64,000 bases of DNA from Escherichia coli. GTDB lineage: Bacteria > Pseudomonadota > Gammaproteobacteria > Enterobacterales > Enterobacteriaceae. The translations under genes and the position numbers were made by a program. Location of the stretch: NCBI RefSeq assembly GCF_044647545.1, contig NZ_CP172818.1; one strand, 5' to 3'. Positions 42,103 through 54,544 of this stretch are shown one piece after another (within the stretch, counting starts at the first letter, position 1; every line of letters starts with the position of its first letter). Under the pieces are notes generated by a model. The model had not been told where the DNA came from. It searched no databases and saw nothing but the letters and a program-made list of their open reading frames with translations.

Positions 42103-44034
42103 ATGAGTTATCAGGTCTTAGCCCGAAAATGGCGCCCACAAACCTTTGCTGACGTCGTCGGCCAGGAACATGTGCTGACCGCACTGGCGAACGGCTTGTC
42201 GTTAGGGCGTATTCATCATGCTTATCTTTTTTCCGGTACCCGTGGCGTCGGAAAAACCTCTATCGCCCGACTGCTGGCGAAGGGGCTAAACTGCGAAACC
42301 GGCATTACCGCGACGCCGTGCGGCGTGTGCGATAACTGTCGTGAAATCGAGCAGGGGCGCTTTGTCGATCTGATTGAAATCGACGCCGCCTCGCGTACCA
42401 AAGTCGAAGATACCCGCGACCTGCTGGATAACGTCCAGTACGCTCCGGCGCGTGGTCGTTTCAAAGTTTATCTCATCGACGAAGTGCATATGCTGTCGCG
42501 TCACAGCTTTAACGCACTGTTAAAAACCCTTGAAGAGCCGCCAGAGCACGTTAAGTTTTTGCTGGCGACGACCGATCCACAGAAATTGCCGGTGACGATT
42601 TTGTCACGCTGTTTGCAATTTCATCTCAAGGCGCTGGATGTCGAGCAAATTCGCCATCAGCTTGAGCACATCCTCAACGAAGAACATATCGCTCACGAGC
42701 CGCGGGCGTTGCAATTACTGGCGCGCGCCGCTGAAGGCAGCCTGCGAGATGCCTTAAGTCTGACCGACCAGGCGATTGCCAGCGGTGACGGCCAGGTTTC
42801 AACCCAGGCGGTCAGTGCGATGCTGGGTACGCTTGACGACGATCAGGCGCTGTCGCTGGTTGAAGCGATGGTCGAGGCCAACGGCGAGCGCGTAATGGCG
42901 CTGATTAATGAAGCCGCTGCCCGTGGTATCGAGTGGGAAGCGTTGCTGGTGGAAATGCTCGGCCTGTTGCATCGTATTGCGATGGTACAACTTTCGCCTG
43001 CTGCACTTGGCAACGACATGGCCGCCATCGAGCTGCGGATGCGTGAACTGGCGCGCACCATACCGCCGACGGATATTCAGCTTTACTATCAGACGCTGTT
43101 GATTGGTCGCAAAGAATTACCGTATGCGCCGGACCGCCGTATGGGCGTTGAGATGACGCTTCTGCGCGCGCTGGCGTTCCATCCACGTATGCCGCTGCCT
43201 GAGCCAGAAGTGCCACGCCAGTCCTTTGCGCCCGTCGCGCCAACGGCAGTAATGACGCCAACCCAGGTGCCGCCGCAACCGCAATCAGCGCCGCAGCAGG
43301 CACCGACTGTACCGCTCCCGGAAACCACCAGCCAGGTGCTGGCGGCGCGCAAGCAGTTGCAGCGCGTGCAGGGAGCAACCAAAGCAAAAAAGAGTGAACC
43401 GGCAGCCGCTACCCGCGCGCGGCCGGTGAATAACGCTGCGCTGGAAAGACTGGCTTCGGTCACCGATCGCGTTCAGGCGCGCCCGGTGCCATCGGCGCTG
43501 GAAAAAGCGCCAGCCAAAAAAGAAGCGTATCGCTGGAAGGCGACCACTCCAGTGATGCAGCAAAAAGAAGTGGTCGCCACGCCGAAGGCGCTGAAAAAAG
43601 CGCTGGAACATGAAAAAACGCCGGAACTGGCGGCGAAGCTGGCGGCAGAAGCCATTGAGCGCGACCCGTGGGCGGCTCAGGTGAGTCAACTTTCGCTACC
43701 AAAACTGGTCGAACAGGTGGCGTTAAATGCCTGGAAAGAGGAGAGCGACAACGCAGTATGTCTGCATTTGCGCTCCTCTCAGCGGCATTTGAACAACCGC
43801 GGCGCACAGCAAAAACTGGCTGAAGCGTTGAGCACGTTAAAAGGTTCAACGGTTGAACTGACTATCGTTGAAGATGATAATCCCGCGGTGCGTACGCCGC
43901 TGGAATGGCGTCAGGCGATATACGAAGAAAAACTTGCGCAGGCGCGCGAGTCCATTATTGCGGATAATAATATTCAGACCCTGCGTCGATTCTTCGATGC
44001 GGAGCTGGATGAAGAAAGTATCCGCCCCATTTGA
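42103..44034 (+). CDS. dnaX: DNA polymerase III subunits tau (full length) and gamma (via -1 frameshift)
   Basis: 643 aa; AAA+ clamp-loader motifs (GTRGVGKTS); the slippery heptamer inside the ORF is listed separately. Confidence 0.97.
   Translation: MSYQVLARKWRPQTFADVVGQEHVLTALANGLSLGRIHHAYLFSGTRGVGKTSIARLLAKGLNCETGITATPCGVCDNCREIEQGRFVDLIEIDAASRTKVEDTRDLLDNVQYAPARGRFKVYLIDEVHMLSRHSFNALLKTLEEPPEHVKFLLATTDPQKLPVTILSRCLQFHLKALDVEQIRHQLEHILNEEHIAHEPRALQLLARAAEGSLRDALSLTDQAIASGDGQVSTQAVSAMLGTLDDDQALSLVEAMVEANGERVMALINEAAARGIEWEALLVEMLGLLHRIAMVQLSPAALGNDMAAIELRMRELARTIPPTDIQLYYQTLLIGRKELPYAPDRRMGVEMTLLRALAFHPRMPLPEPEVPRQSFAPVAPTAVMTPTQVPPQPQSAPQQAPTVPLPETTSQVLAARKQLQRVQGATKAKKSEPAAATRARPVNNAALERLASVTDRVQARPVPSALEKAPAKKEAYRWKATTPVMQQKEVVATPKALKKALEHEKTPELAAKLAAEAIERDPWAAQVSQLSLPKLVEQVALNAWKEESDNAVCLHLRSSQRHLNNRGAQQKLAEALSTLKGSTVELTIVEDDNPAVRTPLEWRQAIYEEKLAQARESIIADNNIQTLRRFFDAELDEESIRPI
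43386..43397 (+). promoter_or_regulatory. dnaX programmed -1 ribosomal frameshift site (A AAA AAG) with -1 frame stop
   Basis: A_AAA_AAG at 43386-43392 in the correct register of the dnaX frame (codons GCA AAA AAG); -1 frame reads AAA AAA GAG TGA; GC-rich structured region immediately downstream. Confidence 0.85.
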
Positions 44035-44071
44035 TCGTAAGCACAGCTTACGTTCGTCATCCTTAACGTGA

Positions 44072-44415
<344 letters not shown>

Positions 44416-44416
<1 letters not shown>

Positions 44417-45021
44417 TGCAAACCAGCCCGCTGTTAACACAGCTTATGGAAGCACTGCGCTGTCTGCCGGGCGTTGGCCCGAAGTCGGCGCAGCGTATGG
44501 CGTTCACGCTGCTTCAGCGCGATCGTAGCGGCGGGATGCGTCTGGCGCAGGCGCTCACCCGGGCGATGTCGGAAATCGGCCACTGCGCCGATTGCCGCAC
44601 TTTCACCGAACAGGAAGTCTGTAACATCTGTTCGAATCCGCGTCGTCAGGAAAACGGTCAAATCTGCGTGGTGGAGAGTCCGGCGGACATTTACGCCATT
44701 GAGCAGACGGGGCAGTTTTCAGGTCGTTATTTTGTGTTGATGGGGCACCTGTCGCCGCTGGACGGCATCGGTCCGGATGACATCGGCCTTGATCGCCTGG
44801 AACAGCGTCTGGCAGAGGAAAAAATCACTGAAGTGATCCTCGCCACCAACCCCACGGTTGAAGGTGAAGCTACCGCTAACTACATTGCCGAGCTTTGTGC
44901 GCAATATGACGTGGAAGCCAGCCGAATCGCTCATGGCGTACCGGTTGGCGGCGAACTGGAAATGGTCGATGGCACCACGCTGTCACATTCCCTTGCCGGG
45001 CGTCATAAGATTCGTTTTTAA
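44416..45021 (+). CDS. recR: Recombination protein RecR
   Basis: 201 aa with C4 zinc finger (CADC...CNIC) and Toprim domain; start overlaps ybaB stop (TGATG). Confidence 0.96.
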
Positions 45022-45050
45022 GCAAACGAGAGCAGGATCACCTGCTCTCG

Positions 45051-45079
45051 CTTGAAATTATTCTCCCTTGTCCCCATCT
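45051..45079 (+). promoter_or_regulatory. sigma32 heat-shock promoter of htpG
   Basis: CTTGAAA (45051-45057), 14-bp spacer, CCCCATCT (45072-45079); matches sigma32 consensus. Confidence 0.75.
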
Positions 45080-45130
45080 CTCCCTCATCCTGTTTTTAAC
45101 CTTAAAATGGCATTATTGAGGTAGACCTAC

Positions 45131-47005
45131 ATGAAAGGACAAGAAACTCGTGGTTTTCAGTCAGAAGTGAAGCAGCTTCTGCACCTGATGATCCATTCTC
45201 TCTATTCCAATAAAGAAATCTTCCTGCGTGAGCTTATCTCTAACGCCTCCGATGCGGCGGACAAGCTGCGTTTCCGCGCGCTTTCTAACCCGGACCTGTA
45301 CGAAGGTGATGGCGAACTGCGCGTTCGTGTCTCTTTCGATAAAGACAAGCGCACGCTGACCATCTCCGATAACGGCGTGGGGATGACCCGCGACGAAGTG
45401 ATTGACCATCTGGGGACTATCGCTAAATCCGGCACCAAATCATTCCTCGAATCCCTGGGTTCTGACCAGGCGAAAGACAGCCAGCTGATCGGTCAGTTTG
45501 GTGTTGGTTTCTACTCTGCGTTTATCGTGGCCGACAAAGTGACCGTGCGTACTCGCGCGGCAGGCGAAAAACCAGAAAACGGTGTTTTCTGGGAATCGGC
45601 TGGTGAAGGTGAATACACCGTTGCCGACATCACCAAAGAAGATCGTGGTACTGAAATCACCCTGCATCTGCGTGAAGGCGAAGACGAGTTCCTCGATGAC
45701 TGGCGCGTGCGTTCCATCATCAGCAAATACTCCGACCATATCGCGCTGCCGGTAGAGATCGAAAAACGCGAAGAGAAAGACGGCGAAACCGTTATCTCCT
45801 GGGAGAAAATCAACAAAGCGCAGGCGCTGTGGACTCGTAACAAGTCGGAAATCACCGATGAAGAGTACAAAGAGTTCTATAAACACATCGCCCACGACTT
45901 TAACGATCCGCTGACCTGGAGCCACAACCGCGTTGAAGGTAAGCAGGAGTACACCAGCCTGCTGTACATTCCGTCTCAGGCACCGTGGGATATGCGGAAC
46001 CGCGATCATAAACACGGTCTGAAACTGTATGTTCAGCGTGTGTTCATCATGGACGACGCAGAACAGTTCATGCCGAATTATCTGCGCTTCGTGCGTGGTC
46101 TGATTGACTCCAGCGATCTGCCGCTGAACGTTTCCCGTGAAATCCTCCAGGACAGCACGGTAACGCGTAACCTGCGCAATGCGCTGACCAAGCGTGTGCT
46201 GCAAATGCTGGAAAAACTGGCGAAAGACGACGCGGAAAAATACCAGACCTTCTGGCAACAGTTTGGCCTGGTACTGAAAGAAGGTCCGGCGGAAGATTTC
46301 GCTAACCAGGAAGCGATCGCCAAACTGCTGCGTTTTGCTTCTACCCATACCGATTCTTCTGCGCAGACCGTATCTCTGGAAGACTACGTTTCCCGCATGA
46401 AAGAAGGGCAGGAGAAAATCTACTACATCACCGCAGACAGCTATGCGGCAGCGAAGAGCAGCCCGCACCTGGAACTGCTGCGTAAGAAAGGCATCGAAGT
46501 TCTGCTGCTTTCCGACCGCATCGATGAGTGGATGATGAACTATCTGACTGAGTTCGACGGTAAACCGTTCCAGTCGGTGTCTAAAGTTGACGAGTCGCTG
46601 GAAAAACTGGCTGACGAAGTTGATGAGAGCGCGAAAGAAGCGGAGAAAGCACTGACTCCGTTCATCGACCGTGTGAAAGCCCTGCTCGGCGAGCGCGTGA
46701 AAGATGTCCGTCTGACTCACCGTCTGACCGATACGCCAGCGATTGTCTCTACCGACGCGGACGAAATGAGCACCCAGATGGCGAAACTGTTTGCCGCAGC
46801 GGGCCAGAAAGTGCCGGAAGTGAAATACATCTTCGAACTGAACCCGGATCACGTACTGGTGAAACGTGCGGCAGATACTGAAGATGAAGCCAAGTTCAGC
46901 GAGTGGGTAGAACTGCTGCTGGATCAGGCGCTGCTGGCAGAACGCGGCACGCTGGAAGATCCGAACCTGTTTATTCGTCGTATGAACCAGCTGCTGGTTT
47001 CCTGA
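45131..47005 (+). CDS. htpG: Chaperone HtpG (Hsp90 family)
   Basis: 624 aa ORF recognised as HtpG. Confidence 0.97.
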   Translation: MKGQETRGFQSEVKQLLHLMIHSLYSNKEIFLRELISNASDAADKLRFRALSNPDLYEGDGELRVRVSFDKDKRTLTISDNGVGMTRDEVIDHLGTIAKSGTKSFLESLGSDQAKDSQLIGQFGVGFYSAFIVADKVTVRTRAAGEKPENGVFWESAGEGEYTVADITKEDRGTEITLHLREGEDEFLDDWRVRSIISKYSDHIALPVEIEKREEKDGETVISWEKINKAQALWTRNKSEITDEEYKEFYKHIAHDFNDPLTWSHNRVEGKQEYTSLLYIPSQAPWDMRNRDHKHGLKLYVQRVFIMDDAEQFMPNYLRFVRGLIDSSDLPLNVSREILQDSTVTRNLRNALTKRVLQMLEKLAKDDAEKYQTFWQQFGLVLKEGPAEDFANQEAIAKLLRFASTHTDSSAQTVSLEDYVSRMKEGQEKIYYITADSYAAAKSSPHLELLRKKGIEVLLLSDRIDEWMMNYLTEFDGKPFQSVSKVDESLEKLADEVDESAKEAEKALTPFIDRVKALLGERVKDVRLTHRLTDTPAIVSTDADEMSTQMAKLFAAAGQKVPEVKYIFELNPDHVLVKRAADTEDEAKFSEWVELLLDQALLAERGTLEDPNLFIRRMNQLLVS

Positions 47006-47009
47006 TGTC

Positions 47010-47049
47010 ATGCCGGATGACCTTTTTGTCATCCGGCATTTTTCTTTTC
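47010..47049 (+). terminator. Rho-independent terminator after htpG
   Basis: 12-bp stem ATGCCGGATGAC / GTCATCCGGCAT followed by TTTTCTTTTC. Confidence 0.85.
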
Positions 47050-47113
47050 ATCATCTGCACTTTCCGCAAATTATCTCGCCATTAACCGTTTCAGCCCCAG
47101 GTGCCTTTCTTGA

Positions 47114-47830
<717 letters not shown>

Positions 47831-47958
47831 TCAAGCCGCAGCAGATCTCTCGGGCAGGTCTGCTCATCCTCCTCAGGCAATACCTCTTACAGCAATTAGT
47901 TCTTCTTCTTCACTTTTCCGCTACAATTATCAACAAGTTGAATCGATAAGAGGCGGTA

Positions 47959-48921
47959 ATGCGTCAAACAAAAACCGGTATCCTGCTGGCAAACCTGGGT
48001 ACGCCCGATGCCCCCACACCTGAAGCGGTAAAACGCTATCTGAAACAATTTTTAAGCGACAGACGTGTGGTTGATACCTCACGGTTGTTATGGTGGCCAT
48101 TGCTGCGCGGCGTGATTTTGCCGCTGCGTTCGCCGCGTGTGGCGAAGCTGTATGCTTCTGTCTGGATGGAAGGTGGCTCGCCACTGATGGTTTACAGCCG
48201 CCAGCAACAGCAGGCGCTGGCGCAACGTTTACCGGAGACGCCCGTGGCGCTGGGAATGAGCTACGGCTCGCCATCACTGGAAAGCGCCGTAGATGAACTT
48301 CTGGCAGAGCATGTAGATCATATTGTGGTGCTGCCGCTTTATCCGCAATACTCCTGTTCAACGGTCGGTGCGGTATGGGATGAACTGGCACGCATTCTGG
48401 CGCGCAAACGTAGCATTCCGGGGATATCGTTTATTCGTGATTACGCCGATAACCACGATTATATTAATGCACTGGCGAACAGCGTACGTGCTTCTTTTGC
48501 CAAACATGGCGAACCGGATCTGCTGTTGCTCTCTTATCATGGCATTCCCCAGCGTTATGCAGATGAAGGCGATGATTACCCGCAACGTTGTCGCACAACG
48601 ACTCGCGAACTGGCTTCCGCACTGGGGATGGCACCGGAAAAAGTGATGATGACCTTTCAGTCGCGCTTTGGGCGGGAACCCTGGCTGATGCCTTATACCG
48701 ACGAAACGCTGAAAATGCTCGGAGAAAAAGGTGTAGGTCATATTCAGGTGATGTGCCCGGGCTTTGCTGCGGATTGTCTGGAGACGCTGGAAGAGATTGC
48801 CGAGCAAAACCGTGAGGTCTTCCTCGGTGCGGGCGGGAAAAAATACGAATATATTCCGGCACTTAATGCCACGCCGGAACATATTGAAATGATGGCTAAT
48901 CTTGTTGCCGCGTATCGCTAA
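47959..48921 (+). CDS. hemH: Ferrochelatase
   Basis: 320 aa ORF recognised as HemH. Confidence 0.95.
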
Positions 48922-49877
48922 AGCTGAGCGGTAAAGAACTGAGCGCCGTCGCGAAGAGCCTCGTCGGCGGTTTTCATCATCCGTGAATAATGCAAAAAGG
49001 CGTGCAGCGTGCCTGGGTAGAGTTTGAACTCACAGGGCTGCTGATGCGCCGCTAACGTCTGGTAAAGCAGACGGCTGTCATCCAGCAGCGGATCGAACTC
49101 CGCCCCGGCAATAAAACAGGGCGGAACTTCGCGAGTGAGATCATTATTAAACAGGCAGTAATACGGCGACTCGCGGTCCGCGTCGTTGCTTAAATACGCC
49201 TCTTCATACATCTGTAAATCCTGTTGCGTTAAGCCATCCCAGACACCGCCCAACAGACGACGAGTCACGGAATCCCGTAATCCGTAAAGCCCATACCACA
49301 GCAAAACGCCCGCAACTTTACCGCAATCGATCTGTTTATCACGCAACCACAACGCACTGGCGAGCGCCAACATGGCACCTGCGGAATCACCGGCAAAGCC
49401 AATGCGGGACATATTGATTTGATAATCTTCCGCCTGCTGGTGGAAATAACAACAGGCAGCCACAATTTCCTCTATCGCTTGCGGAAAACACGCTTCAGGT
49501 GAAAGGGTGTAATCAATGCCAATCACCGTACATTGGCTGTAGCTTGCCAGCAGGCGCATGATGCGATCGTGGGTATCAAGATTGCCGAGAATAAAACCGC
49601 CGCCATGCAAATAAAATAGCGTCGCCGGGCTATCTGGCTGCGGACAAAAGAGACGTGTTTCCACCTGCCCATATTTTGTTGGAACCATGTAAGCTCTGGT
49701 TGCCATTTCTGGAGCGCCCGCATTCCAGAATCGGCGCTCAAGCGTGTAATGCTGTCGTTGCTCAGCAATCGTTCCCGTTGCGGGCCAGGGCGGTAAATCC
49801 GGCTGAAGAGTATTCACAACGGTCTTCATTTCAGCAGAAATAAGGTCCAGAACGGGTAATTTGTTTTCCGGCTTCAT
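48918..49877 (-). CDS. aes: Acetyl esterase (HSL-family alpha/beta hydrolase)
   Basis: 319 aa with HGGGF oxyanion motif and GDSAG nucleophile motif; 3' end overlaps hemH stop by 4 nt. Confidence 0.95.
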
Positions 49878-50028
49878 GCAAAAACTCCTTTCAAATTACG
49901 TCATTGTAAGGAACCACTGCCATGAAAATGCGATCCCGCCTGCTGATATTGAAACTGGCTGCGTCTCGCGCGCTCCCGTCAGATTGTGTTAACATTCGCC
50001 GCTCAGTTAACCACCCGTAAAAACAACC

Positions 50029-51333
50029 ATGAAATTTCCCGGCAAACGTAAATCCAAACATTATTTTCCCGTAAACGCACGCGATCCGCTGCTTCAGCAA
50101 TTCCAGCCAGAAAACGAAACCAGCGCTGCCTGGGTAGTGGGTATCGATCAAACGCTGGTCGATATTGAAGCGAAAGTGGATGATGAATTTATTGAGCGTT
50201 ATGGATTAAGCGCCGGGCATTCACTGGTGATTGAGGATGACGTAGCCGAAGCGCTTTATCAGGAACTAAAACAGAAAAACCTGATTACCCATCAGTTTGC
50301 GGGTGGCACCATTGGTAACACCATGCACAACTACTCGGTGCTCGCGGACGACCGTTCGGTGCTGCTGGGCGTCATGTGCAGCAATATTGAAATTGGCAGC
50401 TATGCCTATCGTTACCTGTGTAACACTTCCAGCCGTACCGATCTTAACTATCTACAAGGCGTGGATGGCCCGATTGGTCGTTGCTTTACGCTGATTGGCG
50501 AGTCCGGGGAACGTACCTTTGCTATCAGCCCCGGCCACATGAACCAGCTGCGGGCTGAAAGTATTCCGGAAGATGTGATTGCCGGAGCCTCGGCTCTGGT
50601 TCTCACCTCTTATCTGGTGCGTTGCAAGCCGGGTGAACCCATGCCGGAAGCAACCATGAAAGCTATTGAGTACGCGAAGAAATATAACGTACCGGTGGTG
50701 CTGACGCTGGGCACCAAGTTTGTCATTGCCGAGAATCCGCAGTGGTGGCAGCAATTCCTCAAAGACCACGTCTCTATCCTTGCGATGAACGAAGATGAAG
50801 CCGAAGCGTTGACCGGAGAAAGCGATCCGTTGTTGGCATCTGACAAGGCGCTGGACTGGGTTGATCTGGTGCTGTGTACCGCAGGGCCAATCGGCTTGTA
50901 TATGGCGGGCTTTACCGAAGACGAAGCGAAACGTAAAACCCAGCATCCGCTGCTGCCGGGTGCTATAGCGGAATTTAACCAGTATGAGTTTAGCCGCGCC
51001 ATGCGCCACAAGGATTGCCAGAATCCGTTGCGTGTCTATTCGCACATTGCGCCGTACATGGGCGGGCCGGAAAAAATTATGAATACCAACGGAGCAGGGG
51101 ATGGCGCACTGGCAGCGTTGCTGCATGACATTACCGCCAACAGCTACCACCGTAGCAACGTACCAAACTCCAGCAAACATAAATTCACCTGGTTAACTTA
51201 TTCATCGTTAGCGCAGGTGTGTAAATATGCTAACCGTGTGAGCTATCAGGTACTGAACCAGCATTCACCTCGTTTAACGCGCGGCTTGCCGGAGCGTGAA
51301 GACAGCCTGGAAGAGTCTTACTGGGATCGTTAA
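50029..51333 (+). CDS. gsk: Inosine-guanosine kinase
   Basis: 434 aa PfkB-like ribokinase-family ORF recognised as Gsk. Confidence 0.95.
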   Translation: MKFPGKRKSKHYFPVNARDPLLQQFQPENETSAAWVVGIDQTLVDIEAKVDDEFIERYGLSAGHSLVIEDDVAEALYQELKQKNLITHQFAGGTIGNTMHNYSVLADDRSVLLGVMCSNIEIGSYAYRYLCNTSSRTDLNYLQGVDGPIGRCFTLIGESGERTFAISPGHMNQLRAESIPEDVIAGASALVLTSYLVRCKPGEPMPEATMKAIEYAKKYNVPVVLTLGTKFVIAENPQWWQQFLKDHVSILAMNEDEAEALTGESDPLLASDKALDWVDLVLCTAGPIGLYMAGFTEDEAKRKTQHPLLPGAIAEFNQYEFSRAMRHKDCQNPLRVYSHIAPYMGGPEKIMNTNGAGDGALAALLHDITANSYHRSNVPNSSKHKFTWLTYSSLAQVCKYANRVSYQVLNQHSPRLTRGLPEREDSLEESYWDR

Positions 51334-51353
51334 GTTATCGACAACCAGAATGG

Positions 51354-51396
51354 CATCCGTAGGCCGGATAAGATGCGTCAGCATCGCATCCGGCAA
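51354..51396. repeat. REP (repetitive extragenic palindromic) element between gsk and ybaL
   Basis: GCATCCGTAGGCCGGATAAGATGCGTCAGCATCGCATCCGGCAATG; typical REP motif GCCGGATAAG...GCATCCGGC. Confidence 0.8.
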
Positions 51397-51409
51397 TGGA
51401 ATCAATGTT

Positions 51410-53086
51410 TTACCCCGTCACCACCTCACCCGCCGGTGGCGTTTCCAGCAGTTCCAGCATAGTACGGGCAATTTCACGCTCACCCATCACTACCTGATTC
51501 GCACCACGTTCGGTGATATACGCCACTTCATCGTCATAATGGGCGCGGGCAATAATCTCAATATCCGGATTTTTCGCGCGGGCAGATGCCACAATCTCGC
51601 CCGCTTCATAACCGTTGGGAATCGTCAGGATCAGCCATTTTGCACATTCCAGATGCGCCAGTTGCATAATTTCTTCGTTCGCCGCATTGCCCAATACTGC
51701 GCGGACCCCGCGCTCTCGCAGTTCATCAACACGGGTTCGTGACGTCTCAATCACCACCAGCGGAATATCAGAGGCGAGCAATTTCTCCCCCAGCAGGCTG
51801 CCTACACGACCGTAACCTACCAGTAGCGCATGGTTGCAAATATCCACTGGGATCTGCTTCTCTTCTTCGATAGCCTCTTCCAGCGTCTGCTCTTCCAGCG
51901 TTTCGGTCTTCGCCAGATATTTCTCCAGCAGCGCAAACAGGACCGGGTTGAGCATAATCGACAAAATCGCCCCTGCCAGTACCAGGTTCTGCCCGGCTTG
52001 CGGCAATAGATCCAGCGCCATGCCCAGTCCCGCCAGGATAAACGCGAACTCACCAATTTGCGCCAGGCTGGCGGCGATAGTTAATGCCGTACGTTGGGAG
52101 TGACCAAACAGTCGCACCAGGAAAAACGCGGCTAACGACTTACCAAACAGAATAATCGCCAGCGTCGCCAGCACTGCCAGCGGTTGCTGAATCAGAATTA
52201 ACGGATCAAACAACATCCCGACGGAGACAAAAAACAGCACCGCAAACGCGTCGCGCAATGGCAGCGTATCGTGGGCGGCACGGTGACTCAGTTCAGACTC
52301 GTTCAGTACCATCCCGGCAAAGAACGCACCGAGTGCAAAGGAGACATCAAACAGCTCCACCGCACCAAAGGCAATCCCTAACGCCAGCGCCAGCACCGAC
52401 AGGGTAAACAGCTCGCGGGAACCGGTTGCTGCGCTACGTGCCATAATCCACGGCACCAGACGGCGACCTACCAGCATCATAATGGCGATAAATGCGATCA
52501 CCTTGCCGATGGTGATCCCCATATCGACAGCAAGAGTGGCAAAGCCCACATCGCCTTGTTCCATCATTCCTGCCACTGCGGGCAGCAACACCAGCGTCAG
52601 AACCATGACCAGGTCTTCCACAATCAACCAACCGATGGCGATTTGCCCACGCTGACTGTCAATTAATTGCCGTTCTTCAAGTGCGCGCAGTAACACCACG
52701 GTACTGGCGGTGGAAAGGCATAAGCCGAACACGATACCGGTCATTAACGACCAGCCCAGCACGGCGGAGAGCGCCATACCCAGCAGCGTAGCCACGGCTA
52801 TCTGGGCGATCGCGCCGGGAATGGCGATGGCCTTTACCGCCATCAAATCCTTGAGCGAAAAGTGCAAACCGACGCCAAACATCAACAGAATGACGCCCAG
52901 TTCAGCCAGTTCCGGCGCAAGCTTGGTATCGGCAACAAAGCCCGGAGTGAATGGTCCTGCCAGCACACCCGCTAACAGATATCCCACCAGAGGAGAAATA
53001 CGTAGTTTATTGGCCAGCATGCCGAGGATAAAGGCGAGCACAAGGCCGCCAACAATGGTGGTGATAAGCGGGGTGGCGTGATGCAT
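51410..53086 (-). CDS. ybaL: CPA2-family monovalent cation:proton antiporter with C-terminal RCK/TrkA-N domain
   Basis: 558 aa; 12-13 TM segments followed by Rossmann-type GYGRVG motif. Confidence 0.93.
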   Translation of the reverse strand: MHHATPLITTIVGGLVLAFILGMLANKLRISPLVGYLLAGVLAGPFTPGFVADTKLAPELAELGVILLMFGVGLHFSLKDLMAVKAIAIPGAIAQIAVATLLGMALSAVLGWSLMTGIVFGLCLSTASTVVLLRALEERQLIDSQRGQIAIGWLIVEDLVMVLTLVLLPAVAGMMEQGDVGFATLAVDMGITIGKVIAFIAIMMLVGRRLVPWIMARSAATGSRELFTLSVLALALGIAFGAVELFDVSFALGAFFAGMVLNESELSHRAAHDTLPLRDAFAVLFFVSVGMLFDPLILIQQPLAVLATLAIILFGKSLAAFFLVRLFGHSQRTALTIAASLAQIGEFAFILAGLGMALDLLPQAGQNLVLAGAILSIMLNPVLFALLEKYLAKTETLEEQTLEEAIEEEKQIPVDICNHALLVGYGRVGSLLGEKLLASDIPLVVIETSRTRVDELRERGVRAVLGNAANEEIMQLAHLECAKWLILTIPNGYEAGEIVASARAKNPDIEIIARAHYDDEVAYITERGANQVVMGEREIARTMLELLETPPAGEVVTG

Positions 53087-53323
53087 TCCGTCTCCTTTTC
53101 CTGGTGGTTATTGTCCATTTTTGGCCGGGAAAACCAAAATTACAGGTAATAGTTTATGACAATTTCATTGATGATGTTTATGAATAATTGTTGAATTTTG
53201 CAGAAAAATGGAATTAGCTGCAAAAAAAGCACGGATCGGAAAACAGAAGGCGGTTTAACAGAGGAAAGGCTTATGGCGACTGTAAAACGATGCAGCCAAA
53301 GTTTGCCTTTGGCTGCAATGAAA

Positions 53324-54544
53324 TCAGTCTTTATGCCGGTTATCAGGCAGGAATATGGTCAACATCCCCAATAGTGGCAGGAAAGCACAGATTTTATAGA
53401 CTAACTCGATGCTGGTGTGATCGGCGATAAGCCCCAGAACTGCCGCTCCCAGACCTCCCATGCCAAAAGCAAAACCGAAAAAGAATCCAGAAACCATACC
53501 GATACGTCCCGGAAGTAGCTCCTGAGCGTAGACCAGAATGGCAGAGAATGCCGAAGCGAGGATAAATCCAATAATCACCGTTAAAACCCCCGTCCAGTGC
53601 AGGCTGGCGTAGGGTAAAATCAGCGTAAACGGCGCAACGCCGAGGATAGAGCCCCAAATCACATATTTCCGTCCAATTTTATCCCCTACAGGCCCGCCGA
53701 TCACCGTACCTGCCGCAACGGCAAACAGGAAGGCAAACAGATGAAGCTGGGCATTCTGGATAGATAATCCGAATTTTTGCATCAGATAAAAGGTGTAATA
53801 GCTGCTGATGCTCGCCATATAGAAATATTTCGAGAAAATGAGGATTAACAGAATGCTGACCGCCAGTACCACTTTGTTGCGCGGCAGTGGATTGATAATC
53901 GTCGCTTTGGGTTTTCCTTTATTCATTCGGTGCTGTGCCGAGTACCAACGGCTGATTTGCGCCAGCACCACGATCGCCAGCAGTGCCGCAAGCACAAACC
54001 AGGCAACGTTGCCTTTGCCATAAGGCGCGATAATCACCGCCGCCAGCAAGGGTCCCAGGGAACTGCCAAAGTTGCCGCCGACCTGAAAGATAGATTGTGC
54101 CAGGCCATGCCGCCCGCCGGACGCCATACGGGCCACGCGAGAAGATTCCGGATGAAAGACCGATGAACCGGTACCGACCAGCGCCGCCGCCAGCAGAACT
54201 GCGCCAAAACTGCCCGCCAGCGCCAGCAGCACCAGACCACTTAAGGTAAAGCACATGCCAATTGGCAACGACCACGGCATCGGATATTTATCGGTCCAGT
54301 AGCCGACAACTGGTTGCAGTAGCGAAGAGGCGAGCTGGAAGGTGAGGGTTATCATGCCAATCTGCATAAATGTCAGAGAAAACTCTGACTGAAGCAGCGG
54401 ATAAATCGCCAGAATCAGCGATTGGATCATGTCGTTCAGCAGATGTGAGAGGCTGATAGCACCTAAAATACCAAACGATGTTCGGGCCTTGGTCGTTGAC
54501 GCAGCCGCGCCCGCCACAGGCTGGGTTTGTTCACTCATTGCCAT
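53324..54544 (-). CDS. fsr: MFS transporter, fosmidomycin resistance protein
   Basis: 406 aa MFS ORF recognised as Fsr. Confidence 0.93.
   Translation of the reverse strand: MAMSEQTQPVAGAAASTTKARTSFGILGAISLSHLLNDMIQSLILAIYPLLQSEFSLTFMQIGMITLTFQLASSLLQPVVGYWTDKYPMPWSLPIGMCFTLSGLVLLALAGSFGAVLLAAALVGTGSSVFHPESSRVARMASGGRHGLAQSIFQVGGNFGSSLGPLLAAVIIAPYGKGNVAWFVLAALLAIVVLAQISRWYSAQHRMNKGKPKATIINPLPRNKVVLAVSILLILIFSKYFYMASISSYYTFYLMQKFGLSIQNAQLHLFAFLFAVAAGTVIGGPVGDKIGRKYVIWGSILGVAPFTLILPYASLHWTGVLTVIIGFILASAFSAILVYAQELLPGRIGMVSGFFFGFAFGMGGLGAAVLGLIADHTSIELVYKICAFLPLLGMLTIFLPDNRHKD

Noticed and set aside
45440-47032. 530-aa antisense ORF inside htpG
   Set aside because: Same reasoning: antisense shadow of htpG; the sense frame encodes canonical Hsp90.
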